Positions 28,778 to 39,106 of a stretch of 50,147 bases of DNA are shown here, one piece after another (position 1 is the first letter of the stretch; each line of letters opens with the position of its first letter). The notes below the pieces were generated by a model, which was not told the origin of the DNA, did no database searches, and saw nothing but the letters and a program-made list of their open reading frames with translations. The position numbers were made by a program, and so were the translations under genes. The stretch is from Nitrosopumilus sp. (GTDB taxonomy: Archaea > Thermoproteota > Nitrososphaeria > Nitrososphaerales > Nitrosopumilaceae), in assembly GCA_029881195.1 (NCBI GenBank), contig JAOUNB010000001.1:1-50147 (forward strand), read 5' to 3'.

Positions 28778-29331
28778 GTATTACATAATTTAAAAAAATC
28801 AACATTAGGATACTGCTTACTTAATTTAGAGTCCACCATCAATTTTACTTCATCAAGAAACATTGATGATTCATGATTTGATATACTAAAATCAAATCTT
28901 GCTTTTGTGAGAGACGCCGAATCTAAAACAATACTCCCTAAATGAACAGATAATTCAGACAATCTTTGACTGTATTTAGGGACAACGCTAAACAATTGAG
29001 CACTTATAGTTCTAATCATAGAGATAGATGAAGGAAGTTCCTCAGGAATGCTGTGGATATCAGAAATAGCAGAAATTCTTTTTTTAATTTCTAAGAGCAC
29101 GTCTAGACAAAAAGTCAAAATTCGTTCTAATTCCATTGCATTCAGATGATTTTTGTCAGTTTCATCAAAAAATAAAACAAAATTGCAGTTAGATTTTTTC
29201 AGATCATTTAGCGTTTCTGATAAAAAATCCATAATTTCAGACAGTAAGTTTGCAGAGTAAGACAATCTGGGAACAATGGTCACTGAATGAAATATGTTTT
29301 CATATTCTGTTTCACCTAAATTTATCATCAC
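28774..29331 (-). CDS. Divergent ESCRT-III/CdvB paralog
   Basis: Snf7-like helical pattern (LLEIKKRISAISDI...ISMIRTISAQL...LDEVKLMVDSKLSKQYP) in an operon with cdvC. Confidence 0.6.
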   Translation of the reverse strand: MMINLGETEYENIFHSVTIVPRLSYSANLLSEIMDFLSETLNDLKKSNCNFVLFFDETDKNHLNAMELERILTFCLDVLLEIKKRISAISDIHSIPEELPSSISMIRTISAQLFSVVPKYSQRLSELSVHLGSIVLDSASLTKARFDFSISNHESSMFLDEVKLMVDSKLSKQYPNVDFFKLCNT

Positions 29332-29490
29332 ACTAATATTTTCATCTAGATTTTGTATTTGAGGGCGATGTCACAATATTTTTAGTAACCACAGTTACAG
29401 ATATCTGCAGTTACAATTTCGATTTTTTTTAAGCATTTGTATAAAGGAATTTAGCTCTCAATTTTACCTAATAACAAATGAATTGAAATT

Positions 29491-30651
29491 ATGGTAAATG
29501 AGCATGTATTAACAGTAAGCTTAGAAGAATTCGGATTAAGCAAATATGAAGCACAGGCATATGTTACCCTGATTGCAAAGGGGTCAATTTCAGCAAGTGA
29601 ATTGGCTTATTATTCAGAGATCCCCAGAACAAAAATTTACCCAACATTGCTAAAATTAGAAAGTAAGAAGCTAGTCATTATTTCAAAGAGCAAACCAATT
29701 ATGTGTTCTGCAATTGCACCAGAAGACGCATTTGATGGAATTATTCACGAGCAAATAAACAAGGTAAATGCAATGAATTCACTGGTATCTAACTTAAAAA
29801 AAGCCAGTGAGGAAAGTCGAAAAACTAGAGGTTCAGAAGAGAAAAGATATTTTCACATCAGTACGAATAATGTTTTACCACAACTCCAAACAATGATCGA
29901 GGGATCTAAATCGACAATTAAAATTATGACAGATCAGTGGGGTTTTGGATTATTAGCTGAATGTAAAGAGCAATTAGTTTCAGTTGCATGTAGGAATCTA
30001 GACATCAAAATTATTGTTCCTCCAACTCAAATTTGTTCTGAATCATATAGAAAGATTCCTGACGGAATAGAAATCAGAGCATCAGAAATAACTCAAAATT
30101 GTTTTATGTTTGATGAGACAGAATTACTTTTAGTAAATAATGATAATGGCAAAGGAGCAATTTTTTCATCTACCGATATTCTTGCTTCAAATCAGGAAAA
30201 AATATTTACAAATATTTGGAAAAACTCCGTAAAAACTAAAGCACTAGCAGATATGTCAAAAACTGAAGCCCAAGATATTTACAAAATAATTAAAACAGTT
30301 GAGGAGATGGGTTTAACATACATATTAAATTCCACAATGGAGTCAAAAAATTCTGAATCAGATATGCTCAAACTATTAGAAAAAAATGGCATATCATTCA
30401 AAACAAAATCATTAGATGATATAATTGAGATGATGGATGCAGTAATGCAAATCACATGTTCAGGACATGTAGACTTTGAAGCAAATACAAAAAACATCAC
30501 AGTAGAATCAAAATTGAACAGTGGACATTCATTACCATGGGTATCAATTTTAGACAGATGTCTTCAAAAACAAGGATATAAAACAAGAACGATATATCAA
30601 AACAATTCCAACAAAGGTGAAAAAATCCACATAAAAATAAGCAAAAAATAA
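29491..30651 (+). CDS. TrmB-family transcriptional regulator
   Basis: FGLSKYEAQAYVTL...SEIPRTKIYPTLLKLESK. Confidence 0.9.
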   Translation: MVNEHVLTVSLEEFGLSKYEAQAYVTLIAKGSISASELAYYSEIPRTKIYPTLLKLESKKLVIISKSKPIMCSAIAPEDAFDGIIHEQINKVNAMNSLVSNLKKASEESRKTRGSEEKRYFHISTNNVLPQLQTMIEGSKSTIKIMTDQWGFGLLAECKEQLVSVACRNLDIKIIVPPTQICSESYRKIPDGIEIRASEITQNCFMFDETELLLVNNDNGKGAIFSSTDILASNQEKIFTNIWKNSVKTKALADMSKTEAQDIYKIIKTVEEMGLTYILNSTMESKNSESDMLKLLEKNGISFKTKSLDDIIEMMDAVMQITCSGHVDFEANTKNITVESKLNSGHSLPWVSILDRCLQKQGYKTRTIYQNNSNKGEKIHIKISKK

Positions 30652-30919
30652 TTTTCCAATCGTATGTACATAGATAAATCAGAAAACTAAGTGGCCACGA
30701 CTATTCTGTCAGTTTCATACATCACAGTTCCAAAAAAGTTATTTTCAAACAAATGATTTTTAATCTATTAAGAACTTCATACCATTTAATTGGATCAAAC
30801 GTACTTGTAGCAAACAATTCATGATTAACAATAAAGAATCAATTAGTCAAACTGTAAAAAATATCAAAAATTCAAAATACAGATAAAAATAAATTCAAAC
30901 AATATGGTGTAAATGCGTA

Positions 30920-31375
30920 ATGATTGAAGAAAAATTAAAGTTATTAGAAATAAAACTCCCAAATCCACCTACACCAGCAGGATCATATGTACCAGTAATT
31001 AGAACAGGAAATTTGTTATTCATTTCAGGACAAATTCCAATGGAGGATGGTAAAGTAATCTATACAGGAAAAGTTTCAGATGACAATTTGGAAATAGCAC
31101 AAAAATCAGCAAGAATGTGTGCAATTAACATAATAGCGCAAATAAAAAGAGAGTTAAGGAATTTAGATAAAGTATCAAGAGTAGTCAGATTATCAGGTTT
31201 TGTAAATTCCGTTCCAGAATTTTCTCAACAGCCCAAAGTAATCAACCCAGCATCAGATTTATTTTTTGAGATATTTGGTGAAAAAGGAAAACATTCAAGG
31301 ATTGCAGTAGGAGTAGCCAGTTTGCCATTAAATTCAATGACTGAAATTGATGCAATAGTTGAATTTTCAGATTAG
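30920..31375 (+). CDS. RidA/YjgF family protein
   Basis: GSYVP, LFISGQIP, GKHSRIAVGVASLP. Confidence 0.92.
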   Translation: MIEEKLKLLEIKLPNPPTPAGSYVPVIRTGNLLFISGQIPMEDGKVIYTGKVSDDNLEIAQKSARMCAINIIAQIKRELRNLDKVSRVVRLSGFVNSVPEFSQQPKVINPASDLFFEIFGEKGKHSRIAVGVASLPLNSMTEIDAIVEFSD

Positions 31376-31420
31376 ACAATTTGGAAATTTTCTTAAATAG
31401 ATTTTTGAGCAAAGACGCTC

Positions 31421-31618
31421 ATGGCTCAGATATGCAAAGGATTGTGTGAGAGATTAAAATCAACTTCGTTTACAAATAATCTACGCTACAAAATTGGTCA
31501 GAGATGGTGTTCATTATGCGCATTGTTTTTTTTCACGGAAGACAACACATGTCCATGTTGCAAGACAAAACTTCGATCAAAGCCAAGGAATAAAAAATAT
31601 GAAATGCCAAGAATGTAA
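31421..31618 (+). CDS. Small zinc-ribbon-like protein
   Basis: CKGLC...WCSLC...CPCC...LRSKPR. Confidence 0.7.
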   Translation: MAQICKGLCERLKSTSFTNNLRYKIGQRWCSLCALFFFTEDNTCPCCKTKLRSKPRNKKYEMPRM

Positions 31619-31766
31619 TCATGAAAAAGAGAAATGTCAGTGCTTGTGTTGTTGCTCAATTTCACAAATAGGATGTGTTTATTGTATTCTTCCAGTTTTG
31701 GGGTATAGAGAAATTAAAAAAATCTTAAGAAAATGGAAAAACTCAGATAGTGGAATTCAAAGATAA
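31599..31766 (+). CDS. Small cysteine-rich protein (55 aa)
   Basis: ATG at 31599: MKCQECNHEKEKCQCLCCCSISQIGCVYC...; overlaps the upstream stop. Confidence 0.45.
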   Translation: MKCQECNHEKEKCQCLCCCSISQIGCVYCILPVLGYREIKKILRKWKNSDSGIQR

Positions 31767-31823
31767 GAATATTGCTATTCATTTTAAGAAACGATTCATA
31801 TATGCTAAAAAGTTAGTAAAAAA

Positions 31824-32642
31824 GTGCTAAAGATTTCATTGCTTATATTATTTACAGCATCAATTGCATCAACTTTAGCTTTTGCAGAGCCAACTATAGA
31901 AATACAGACATCAGATACTCAGATCAAAGCACTTGAATCGATTTGGATTACAGGTAAGATTACTGATGTCTCACAGTACAAACCAGTAAAATTAAGAATT
32001 ATCGGACCGGATGGTGCACTAGTTTTTGCACCACAAGTTGCAATTAGCGATAATGGGGAATTCAAAAAATTACTAAACCCCCCAATTCCAAGCTTTAATG
32101 TAGGAAAACATATTGTAACTGCAAGTCATGATGACACAAAAGTTGTTGCTAAAACTGAATTTACAGTAATCTATCAAGAGATTCCAAGAAATCCAACTGC
32201 TCAGTCAATTGAATCAGGACTAATCGTAGAGAGAGAATTAAAAATAAAAAGCGGCATATCCATGGCAGCTGAGTCACAAAACGGCTCAGATGTTATTAAA
32301 ATCAAAGGAAGTACAAGTTATAGCGGTACGGATATTACATTAATTGTTAAATCACCAACAGGCAACTTGATTACGATTGATCAAGTCACACCAGGAATGA
32401 ATGGGGATTTTGATGTAGAAATCAAGATAGGCGGAGCAATGTGGAAGGAAGATGGCATGTATACTGTCACTGCAAACCAAGGGACATCATCAGAGTACAA
32501 GAAATCAATTAAAGTTGAAATCAATGAAGGAGTAGTGGTACCAGAATTCGGTGTTGTAGCATCATTGGTTTTAGCAATATCAATTATTTTAATAATAATT
32601 ACTTCTGCAAAATCAAAACTTACCATACCATCTAGATATTAA
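31824..32642 (+). CDS. PEFG-CTERM surface protein
   Basis: Signal peptide; C-terminal VVPEFG plus TM helix plus basic tail. Confidence 0.9.
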   Translation: MLKISLLILFTASIASTLAFAEPTIEIQTSDTQIKALESIWITGKITDVSQYKPVKLRIIGPDGALVFAPQVAISDNGEFKKLLNPPIPSFNVGKHIVTASHDDTKVVAKTEFTVIYQEIPRNPTAQSIESGLIVERELKIKSGISMAAESQNGSDVIKIKGSTSYSGTDITLIVKSPTGNLITIDQVTPGMNGDFDVEIKIGGAMWKEDGMYTVTANQGTSSEYKKSIKVEINEGVVVPEFGVVASLVLAISIILIIITSAKSKLTIPSRY

Positions 32643-32665
32643 TTCTAGAAGTTATCAAAACAGTC

Positions 32666-33034
32666 ATGTTTAGTTTAGATGAGATAAAATCAAAAAAATA
32701 CATCTCACTTGAAACATATAGAAAAAATCATCAACCAGTTCAAACTCCAGTATGGTTTGTAGTCAAAGATGATCTAGTGTATATAGTCACAAGAAGTAAT
32801 ACAGGTAAAGTCAAACGTCTTCAAAATAATCTCAAAGTAAAATTTGCATTATGCAGTGTTAAAGGAAAAATCACGGGAGAATGGATATCAGGCACTGCAA
32901 AAATTTTAACAGGCAATGAAACCAAGGATGCAGTAAGAATGAGAGATGAAAAATATGGATTTATGGCAAAGATTGCAAAATTCTTGAGTAAAAGCAAGGG
33001 AGAGTTTTTTGCATTCTCAATTAAGATAGACTAA
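32666..33034 (+). CDS. PPOX-class (probably F420-dependent) oxidoreductase
   Basis: YISLETYRK...TPVWF...GKVKRL. Confidence 0.85.
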   Translation: MFSLDEIKSKKYISLETYRKNHQPVQTPVWFVVKDDLVYIVTRSNTGKVKRLQNNLKVKFALCSVKGKITGEWISGTAKILTGNETKDAVRMRDEKYGFMAKIAKFLSKSKGEFFAFSIKID

Positions 33035-33509
33035 GGAATTTTTGTAACTTTACTTCTCTTTTTAGTTTGTAAGATGTCAATCCTGCAAATCCAAAAATTA
33101 TTGCCAATCCCACATAAGATAAAACTTGACTATGTTCAATCAGCACTGCTGAAATTCCAGTTCCTACGATGCTTGGCAGTAAAGATAATGCATACAACCA
33201 CCAACCACAACAACCTAAAGGGATCAAAGAAAAAAAGGAGAAAAAGGAAGTAGCAGCTGTACTTCCAGTATTTCCACCAAAAGTTTTTTTCTTCATATTT
33301 AGATTGCAGCCTAGAAGTTTACTTTTTTCTGAGAGAAAAACTTGCAATCCAATTCCAATCCCCATTCCAATAATTACGATAGAATTTAGTTGAAATGCAG
33401 CATTGATCGCATCTAATGGTTTCAATGCAGGAGTGGTAATCACAACGACCATAAGATATACCGCAATGGTGATGATTCCAACAAGGACTGCTTTTCCCAG
33501 TGGTTTCAT
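33021..33509 (-). CDS. Membrane protein with intramembrane CC motif
   Basis: About four hydrophobic segments; PLGCCGWW; coupled to the upstream DUF3179 gene. Confidence 0.65.
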   Translation of the reverse strand: MKPLGKAVLVGIITIAVYLMVVVITTPALKPLDAINAAFQLNSIVIIGMGIGIGLQVFLSEKSKLLGCNLNMKKKTFGGNTGSTAATSFFSFFSLIPLGCCGWWLYALSLLPSIVGTGISAVLIEHSQVLSYVGLAIIFGFAGLTSYKLKREVKLQKFLSLS

Positions 33510-34621
33510 TCCACATCACCATAAATTAGAGTTTCAGGATGGAATGCAATCCACTCAAACCAAAATCCAGGTTTAATTGGCATTCGCTTTAGATGTTCTC
33601 CTTCAAGTTCCCCAGATATTGACAATCCATCATAGTTCCACTCAGAGTTTGTGCTAACATCTAAAATTTTTCCATCTTCATACACAAAGTCTAAGACTTT
33701 ATTGTTGATTGTTCTCTCAAATGCACGAGAATTTTCAGAAAATAAGGATATCAACAGTACAGGGGTCTCTCCGACATAGTCATTAATCAGAATCTTTGAT
33801 TCAATATCATTTTGTTTGTAAGCTTTTGAAAACTCATTTTCAGTAAATCCAATGATAATTTCTTTTGGATGTATTCTATCATCGCTGTTTTCTACGGGAA
33901 ACATTATTCTAGGTTCTGTGTAATAATTTCCATAAGGATCAGTAGCATACGAGCGAAGGAATCCAGTATCGGTTGTTAAAATTTTAGTATCAGGATGAAG
34001 TTTCTTCCAATCGCCCCACGTAATTACATCAAATGGAATCAAATTCAATTGAGAACCAGTTAGTTCTCCTTTTACTGCAATTCCAAGTGCTTGACTCCAA
34101 TAGGATTCGGTTAACCTATCATACATCAACAAGTTACTATTGTAGAGTTTTCCTGATGTTCCAAAAGTGACTTCTTGTCCATCAATTATTCTCTCAAACA
34201 CTTGATTGGTATAACACAAAGGGCAATAAGTTACTGATACTGGCACACCTCCTACTGAATCATTAACAATTTCATGCCAGACCAAAATAAAAAGTGGATA
34301 AGCTTTTGCTTCACCATTAATTTCCAGTCCAATTACAGTATCAGAATCAGACATGAATTGAGAACCATCCACATCTGAAAATATTGGATTGTCAATTGAT
34401 GGAATTCCATCCTTTGGTGGACCACCGCTCTTGATCCTGTCAAGTGGAATCAGATGTTTTACACCATCAGTCTCCATCATTGTAGGTTCTAAAGATAATA
34501 AATCAGATTCTTCAAAATTATTGAGAGAGGCTTTCGAGTTAGATTCACCCATATATAAAATCGACAATATACCAAGTGTCACAGATAGTATTACGATGGG
34601 CAAAATTATTTTAAAATTCAA
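33506..34621 (-). CDS. DUF3179-like secreted protein
   Basis: GGPPKDGIPSID, WHEIVND, TYCPLC, SGKLYNSNLLMYD. Confidence 0.85.
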   Translation of the reverse strand: MNFKIILPIVILSVTLGILSILYMGESNSKASLNNFEESDLLSLEPTMMETDGVKHLIPLDRIKSGGPPKDGIPSIDNPIFSDVDGSQFMSDSDTVIGLEINGEAKAYPLFILVWHEIVNDSVGGVPVSVTYCPLCYTNQVFERIIDGQEVTFGTSGKLYNSNLLMYDRLTESYWSQALGIAVKGELTGSQLNLIPFDVITWGDWKKLHPDTKILTTDTGFLRSYATDPYGNYYTEPRIMFPVENSDDRIHPKEIIIGFTENEFSKAYKQNDIESKILINDYVGETPVLLISLFSENSRAFERTINNKVLDFVYEDGKILDVSTNSEWNYDGLSISGELEGEHLKRMPIKPGFWFEWIAFHPETLIYGDVE

Positions 34622-34724
34622 TTTTGAACAATATTTGTTTTCAAAATATTAAACAATTATTCCAATTTGATCTAAATGTATTTTTTATTTTTCATATTTT
34701 TAAAAAAATTCAAGATTAAAGTGA

Positions 34725-35849
34725 CTATTTTATTTTTTTATTCAATTCTGTGATGAATTTTTTTATTTTGGGTTTTGGAATTACGGCTCCACATGCTTTG
34801 TCATGGCCTCCGCCAGAACCGCCTAAGCTTGTTGCCAGAATATTAACAATTTTTCCCAAATGCACTTTACAATCTTTGGAACCACGAACAGACACGGCAT
34901 AAATTCCATGATCAATACGTTCTTTGTATGCAACACCAACATCTTTTCCAGATAATCCCATTACAAAATTGACAGCACCACTAGCACCAGCATCAAGGAT
35001 TTCCATATAACCAAGATTTTTCATGGTCTTCATTCCTTGTTTAACTTTAGCAATCATTTGAGATAATTTTTCAACCTGAATTTGTGCAAATTCAAACGTA
35101 TTAGGAATTGCATGTGGGAATTTAGATTCTGCCAACTCCTCAACCAAATACAATAAATAATCAGGTTCTTTTTGATGTCCTACAATATTGTAGGTAAGAA
35201 CGGTTGCACTAATCAATGCAAATTGTCTGTCATAGATTTGTAGTAACTTTGAACCAATTGGTCTGGTTTCCATATAGTCAGTAATTGCAGCACATGCTGC
35301 AACAAATGATGCATGATCATTGAGTTTTGATTTGAATGCAGTATAAGTTAGAACTGCGGTACATTCATTGATGTCGTGGATTACCTTTACTTTAATTTTG
35401 TTTAGTGCCTTTATAACATCAGGATCAATATCATGATGATCAATATAAGTAACTGAGACTTTGTTTTTTCTCAGAGTGGTCATTATATCAATAAATTCAT
35501 CTTGGGTTTTTTTGCTTAGGCCTAAATCACAGATAAATAATGATTTTAATTTTTCATCTAAAACTACTTGATTTAATGCTTCCATTTGACCAGGATAGTC
35601 AACTAGAATTGCATCTCCTCCAAAAGCTTGTCTAATCAATGCAGCAGAACTAATTCCATCACAATCTTCTTTGTGAGAAATGCAAATTATTTTTGTTCGT
35701 TGGGCTTTGACTGTTTTTTTTGTTAGTGTTTTAGGTTTTTTGGTTGCAGGTTTTTTGGTTGCAGGTTTTTTGGTTGCAGGTTTTTTGGTTGCAGGTTTTT
35801 TGGTTGCAGGTTTTTTGGTTGCAGGTTTTTTGGTTGAAGATACTGCCAA
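34725..35849 (-). CDS. DHH/DHHA1 family phosphoesterase with Lys-rich N-terminal repeat
   Basis: DCDG, DLG, DHH, GGGH motifs. Confidence 0.88.
   Translation of the reverse strand: MAVSSTKKPATKKPATKKPATKKPATKKPATKKPATKKPKTLTKKTVKAQRTKIICISHKEDCDGISSAALIRQAFGGDAILVDYPGQMEALNQVVLDEKLKSLFICDLGLSKKTQDEFIDIMTTLRKNKVSVTYIDHHDIDPDVIKALNKIKVKVIHDINECTAVLTYTAFKSKLNDHASFVAACAAITDYMETRPIGSKLLQIYDRQFALISATVLTYNIVGHQKEPDYLLYLVEELAESKFPHAIPNTFEFAQIQVEKLSQMIAKVKQGMKTMKNLGYMEILDAGASGAVNFVMGLSGKDVGVAYKERIDHGIYAVSVRGSKDCKVHLGKIVNILATSLGGSGGGHDKACGAVIPKPKIKKFITELNKKIK
35733..35836. repeat. 15-bp tandem repeat (6.9 copies) encoding TKKPA
   Basis: AGGTTTTTTGGTTGC repeated exactly. Confidence 0.95.
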
Positions 35850-35895
35850 TATGAGTTGAAAAGATACTAACCCTCATTTAAATTAAGAATGAAAT

Positions 35896-36111
35896 TTAAG
35901 ATTGCCAAAAAGATTTTTTCATATTTTGATGGATTAGAGAACTAGAGTCTAAATACACATCATAGAATGATAATCCTTCCAGTTGAGTTTGATAGTCTAT
36001 TTCTTGAATTTTTTCAAGTTCATGAGTTGATGCATTTAGTATCAATTCATCTAATTTTTCAAGGCGTTTACGCTCCATCGGGTTCATTGATTTTTGATTA
36101 AAAATTATCAT
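35896..36111 (-). CDS. Hypothetical protein
   Basis: 71-aa ORF; start may be an internal ATG. Confidence 0.55.
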   Translation of the reverse strand: MIIFNQKSMNPMERKRLEKLDELILNASTHELEKIQEIDYQTQLEGLSFYDVYLDSSSLIHQNMKKSFWQS

Positions 36112-36629
36112 TTATGACCAAAAGTTGGCATATTAGACTAATTGGTATGCGAAATGTTAGTAATTGTAGGCGTGATGGCCTTGCTCGCATATAACACCAG
36201 ATAAACAAACCACTCAAGGATCCCGTTAAATCACCAAGTCATATACTTAAGTTCTTGCGGGATATTAAAATCAAAGATCAGGACTATCTGGACTTTCAAA
36301 AGGTAGATGAGACTCTGGATTAAGGGTTGATGAGAAGATCTCAGATAATCCAAATACTATATCATAATAGAGAGAAACTGTAAGAAATTCTCAAGGCAAC
36401 TCAAGATAGTGCTTGAATCATGACATTCGAGTCATCTATCACTATCTGTTTCGGAGAAACCTCACAGTATCGCATGATATCCTTGACAAACGGCTTGGAA
36501 TCCTGTTGTGAAAGTGAAATTACATCACCATGATGTATGCTTCAGCATTTCAGAAGGCGTTGCAGATCAAGATTTAAAGTTAAATCAATAAAAATAAGGA
36601 GGTAAGGTTCTGAGATTAAACTGATTTTA

Positions 36630-36956
36630 TCACAATTCATCCAATTTCTCAATGCGTGGAAAGTAAACAGAGTTGGCAACCATTTGACGTATATCTTTAG
36701 CATTATTTTGTAAAGTGTGAGATTCGTTTTGTTTTATTAGGAGATTACCATTGAGGAATTCGGTAAGCAGTATATCTTTGATATCTGCCTCAATCACACC
36801 GACAATTCCTTCAAGATAAGTTTCTATATTATTTGTAAAATAGGACATGTCCTTATGCATATTAATCTCATTACAGGCTTGCTGTATACATCTAGCATTT
36901 TCCAGTAATTTCATTAATTTTTCTATTTTTTCAGAAGAGTTGTTTTCTTTCTTCAT
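36630..36956 (-). CDS. Hypothetical protein
   Basis: 108-aa ORF with ATG and AT-rich upstream region. Confidence 0.55.
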   Translation of the reverse strand: MKKENNSSEKIEKLMKLLENARCIQQACNEINMHKDMSYFTNNIETYLEGIVGVIEADIKDILLTEFLNGNLLIKQNESHTLQNNAKDIRQMVANSVYFPRIEKLDEL

Positions 36957-37029
36957 TTAATTTTATGATTGATTTTAGAATTAATTAGTTTATCAGAGAG
37001 TGATCTACTTCAAACAGATCATTCCATTA

Positions 37030-37554
37030 ATTGGCATGATCGGATTACTAGTAGGAATAGTTGCTTAGTGGGAAATTGACCTTGTAGTGTTAGCTACTGC
37101 CAGTGGAGGGCTTGCAATAGGTATCGGGTTTGCTCTGAAAGAGACAATGCAGAATTACTTTGCATATCTATCTATTAAAAAGGATAAAATTTTTGTTGAA
37201 GGCGACAGAATACAACTAGAAAACGGATATGTAGTAATAGTAGGACAAATTACTCCCAGAGTAACATATGTCTGATATTCCTTAAATGAATCAATTGCGA
37301 TAATCCCTATACGGCAATTGATTGCTGCGACGATTGTAAATTATTCAAAAGATATCAAATTCATTCCTACAAAAGTTGAGGTCGGGGTATCATATCTCAA
37401 TGATCCTGAAAAAGTTGCGTCTGTGTTGATCAAGGTCGGGACCAGAGCTATGAAAGAGATCAATGATGCAAGAGGCAATCATCTAATTGTTCAAGAGAAA
37501 TGCCCTTATCGAGAACAAAAACCTAGTTGTGGTTGTGATAAAAATATCCTCTAA
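37030..37554 (+). pseudogene. Mechanosensitive channel MscS pseudogene
   Basis: GGLAIGIGFALKETMQNYFA...EGDRI...IP...VNYSK...VGVSY in one frame, broken by in-frame TAG (about 37066) and TGA (37273); both ends truncated. Confidence 0.8.
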
Positions 37555-37656
37555 GTACAAAATACTAACTACTGAGTCGGCATATTAGACAAATTACTAA
37601 ATACAATATACGTGATTTTAAAGAAAATATAATAGAAGTTTTTAGATAGTCTTAGT

Positions 37657-38820
37657 ATGGAAACTAAAAACATTGGTTTGCGAGGGATCGAGGTTGCAGA
37701 CACCAGAATATCTAATATTGATGGAGAAAAGGGGAAGCTAATTTATCGAGGATTTGATATTTTAGATCTTACAAAATACTCTACGTTTGAAGAAACAGCG
37801 TATTTACTACTTTACGATGATTTGCCAACAAAAAGCCAACTAGATGAATTTAATGCAAAATTGATCGAGGCCAGATTCATTCCAAAACAAATGCAAAAAA
37901 ATATGGGAAACTGGAGAAAAGATGCAGATCCTATGGATATGCTTCAAGCATTCGTATCTGCGCTTGCAGGATATTATGATGAAGAATTTTCAAACAAAGA
38001 GGCCAGTTATGATAAAGCGATTAATCTCATTGCAAAAGTTCCAACCATCATTGCAAGTTGGCATAGAATTAGAAATGGATTAGAAATAGTAGATCCTGAT
38101 TCATCACTAAGTCATGCTGCAAATTTTTTATACATGATGACTGGAGAAAAACCAGATCCTGAAGTTGAGAAAATATTTGATGTGTGTTTAATTCTTCATG
38201 CTGATCATACTTTTAATGCATCGACATTTACTGCCAGGCAAGTTGCATCAACCAGAGCTCATATGTATTCAGCAGCGAGTGCTGCAATTGGAGCATTGAG
38301 TGGGGAATTACACGGAGGAGCCAATACAGAAGTTATGAAGATGTTGCTAGAAATTGACGAAGTGGAAAAAGTTGATGCATGGATAAAAGAAAAAATGAAA
38401 AATAATGAAAGAATAATGGGAATGGGGCATGCAGTTTATAAGACATATGATCCAAGAGCCCAAGTTCTAAAAGAATTATCTAGAAAATTAGCAGAAAAAA
38501 CTAAAGACCCATGGTTTGATATTACAGAAAAAGTTGAAACTGTAACAATTTCTGAGATGAAGTCACAGAAAGGACGAGACATTTATCCCAATGTAGATTT
38601 GTACAGTGCGTCAATTTACTACATGTTAAAAATTCCAATGGATCTTAATACACCAATATTTGCAATTTCAAGAGTTGCAGGATGGTCTGCACATATCATT
38701 GAAGAGAAATTTGCAGAAGCTGCACCAAAGCCAGCATTATACAGACCAAAGGCAGTCTATGTTGGGAAATATTGTGGCCCTCAAGGTTGTGAATACAAGA
38801 CACTTGATTTGAGAAAATAA
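37657..38820 (+). CDS. gltA: Citrate synthase
   Basis: LHADH, GELHGGA, GMGHAVYK, PNVD. Confidence 0.95.
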   Translation: METKNIGLRGIEVADTRISNIDGEKGKLIYRGFDILDLTKYSTFEETAYLLLYDDLPTKSQLDEFNAKLIEARFIPKQMQKNMGNWRKDADPMDMLQAFVSALAGYYDEEFSNKEASYDKAINLIAKVPTIIASWHRIRNGLEIVDPDSSLSHAANFLYMMTGEKPDPEVEKIFDVCLILHADHTFNASTFTARQVASTRAHMYSAASAAIGALSGELHGGANTEVMKMLLEIDEVEKVDAWIKEKMKNNERIMGMGHAVYKTYDPRAQVLKELSRKLAEKTKDPWFDITEKVETVTISEMKSQKGRDIYPNVDLYSASIYYMLKIPMDLNTPIFAISRVAGWSAHIIEEKFAEAAPKPALYRPKAVYVGKYCGPQGCEYKTLDLRK

Positions 38821-38823
38821 ATT

Positions 38824-39084
38824 TTAATTTCTTGTACTAAGCCATTTTTTTGCTTTAGAGTTCACATCATGTTTATACAAGACTTCGAAAACCATATCAT
38901 AAAATGTAATTCCCTTTTTTTGAGCTTGATCATCGAGCCATTTTATTCCGTCAGCCAATTCAGGATCATATTCAGAGAATTCAACTAATTCGTCAACCAT
39001 CTTTGAGAAGAATGTGTGTGATTCAAGCATGAGTCCACCTTTAAATCTATGATCATAAGTGGGGGATTCAAAATATATTAACAA
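38824..39084 (-). CDS. Small hypothetical protein
   Basis: ORF; true start probably internal MLESHTFF. Confidence 0.65.
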   Translation of the reverse strand: MLIYFESPTYDHRFKGGLMLESHTFFSKMVDELVEFSEYDPELADGIKWLDDQAQKKGITFYDMVFEVLYKHDVNSKAKKWLSTRN

Positions 39085-39106
39085 AAGACCACCTTTTGGT
39101 TGACAA

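Noticed and set aside
37270-37280. Selenocysteine or readthrough at the mscS TGA
   Set aside because: A second stop and truncated ends indicate decay; CGA to TGA is the simpler explanation
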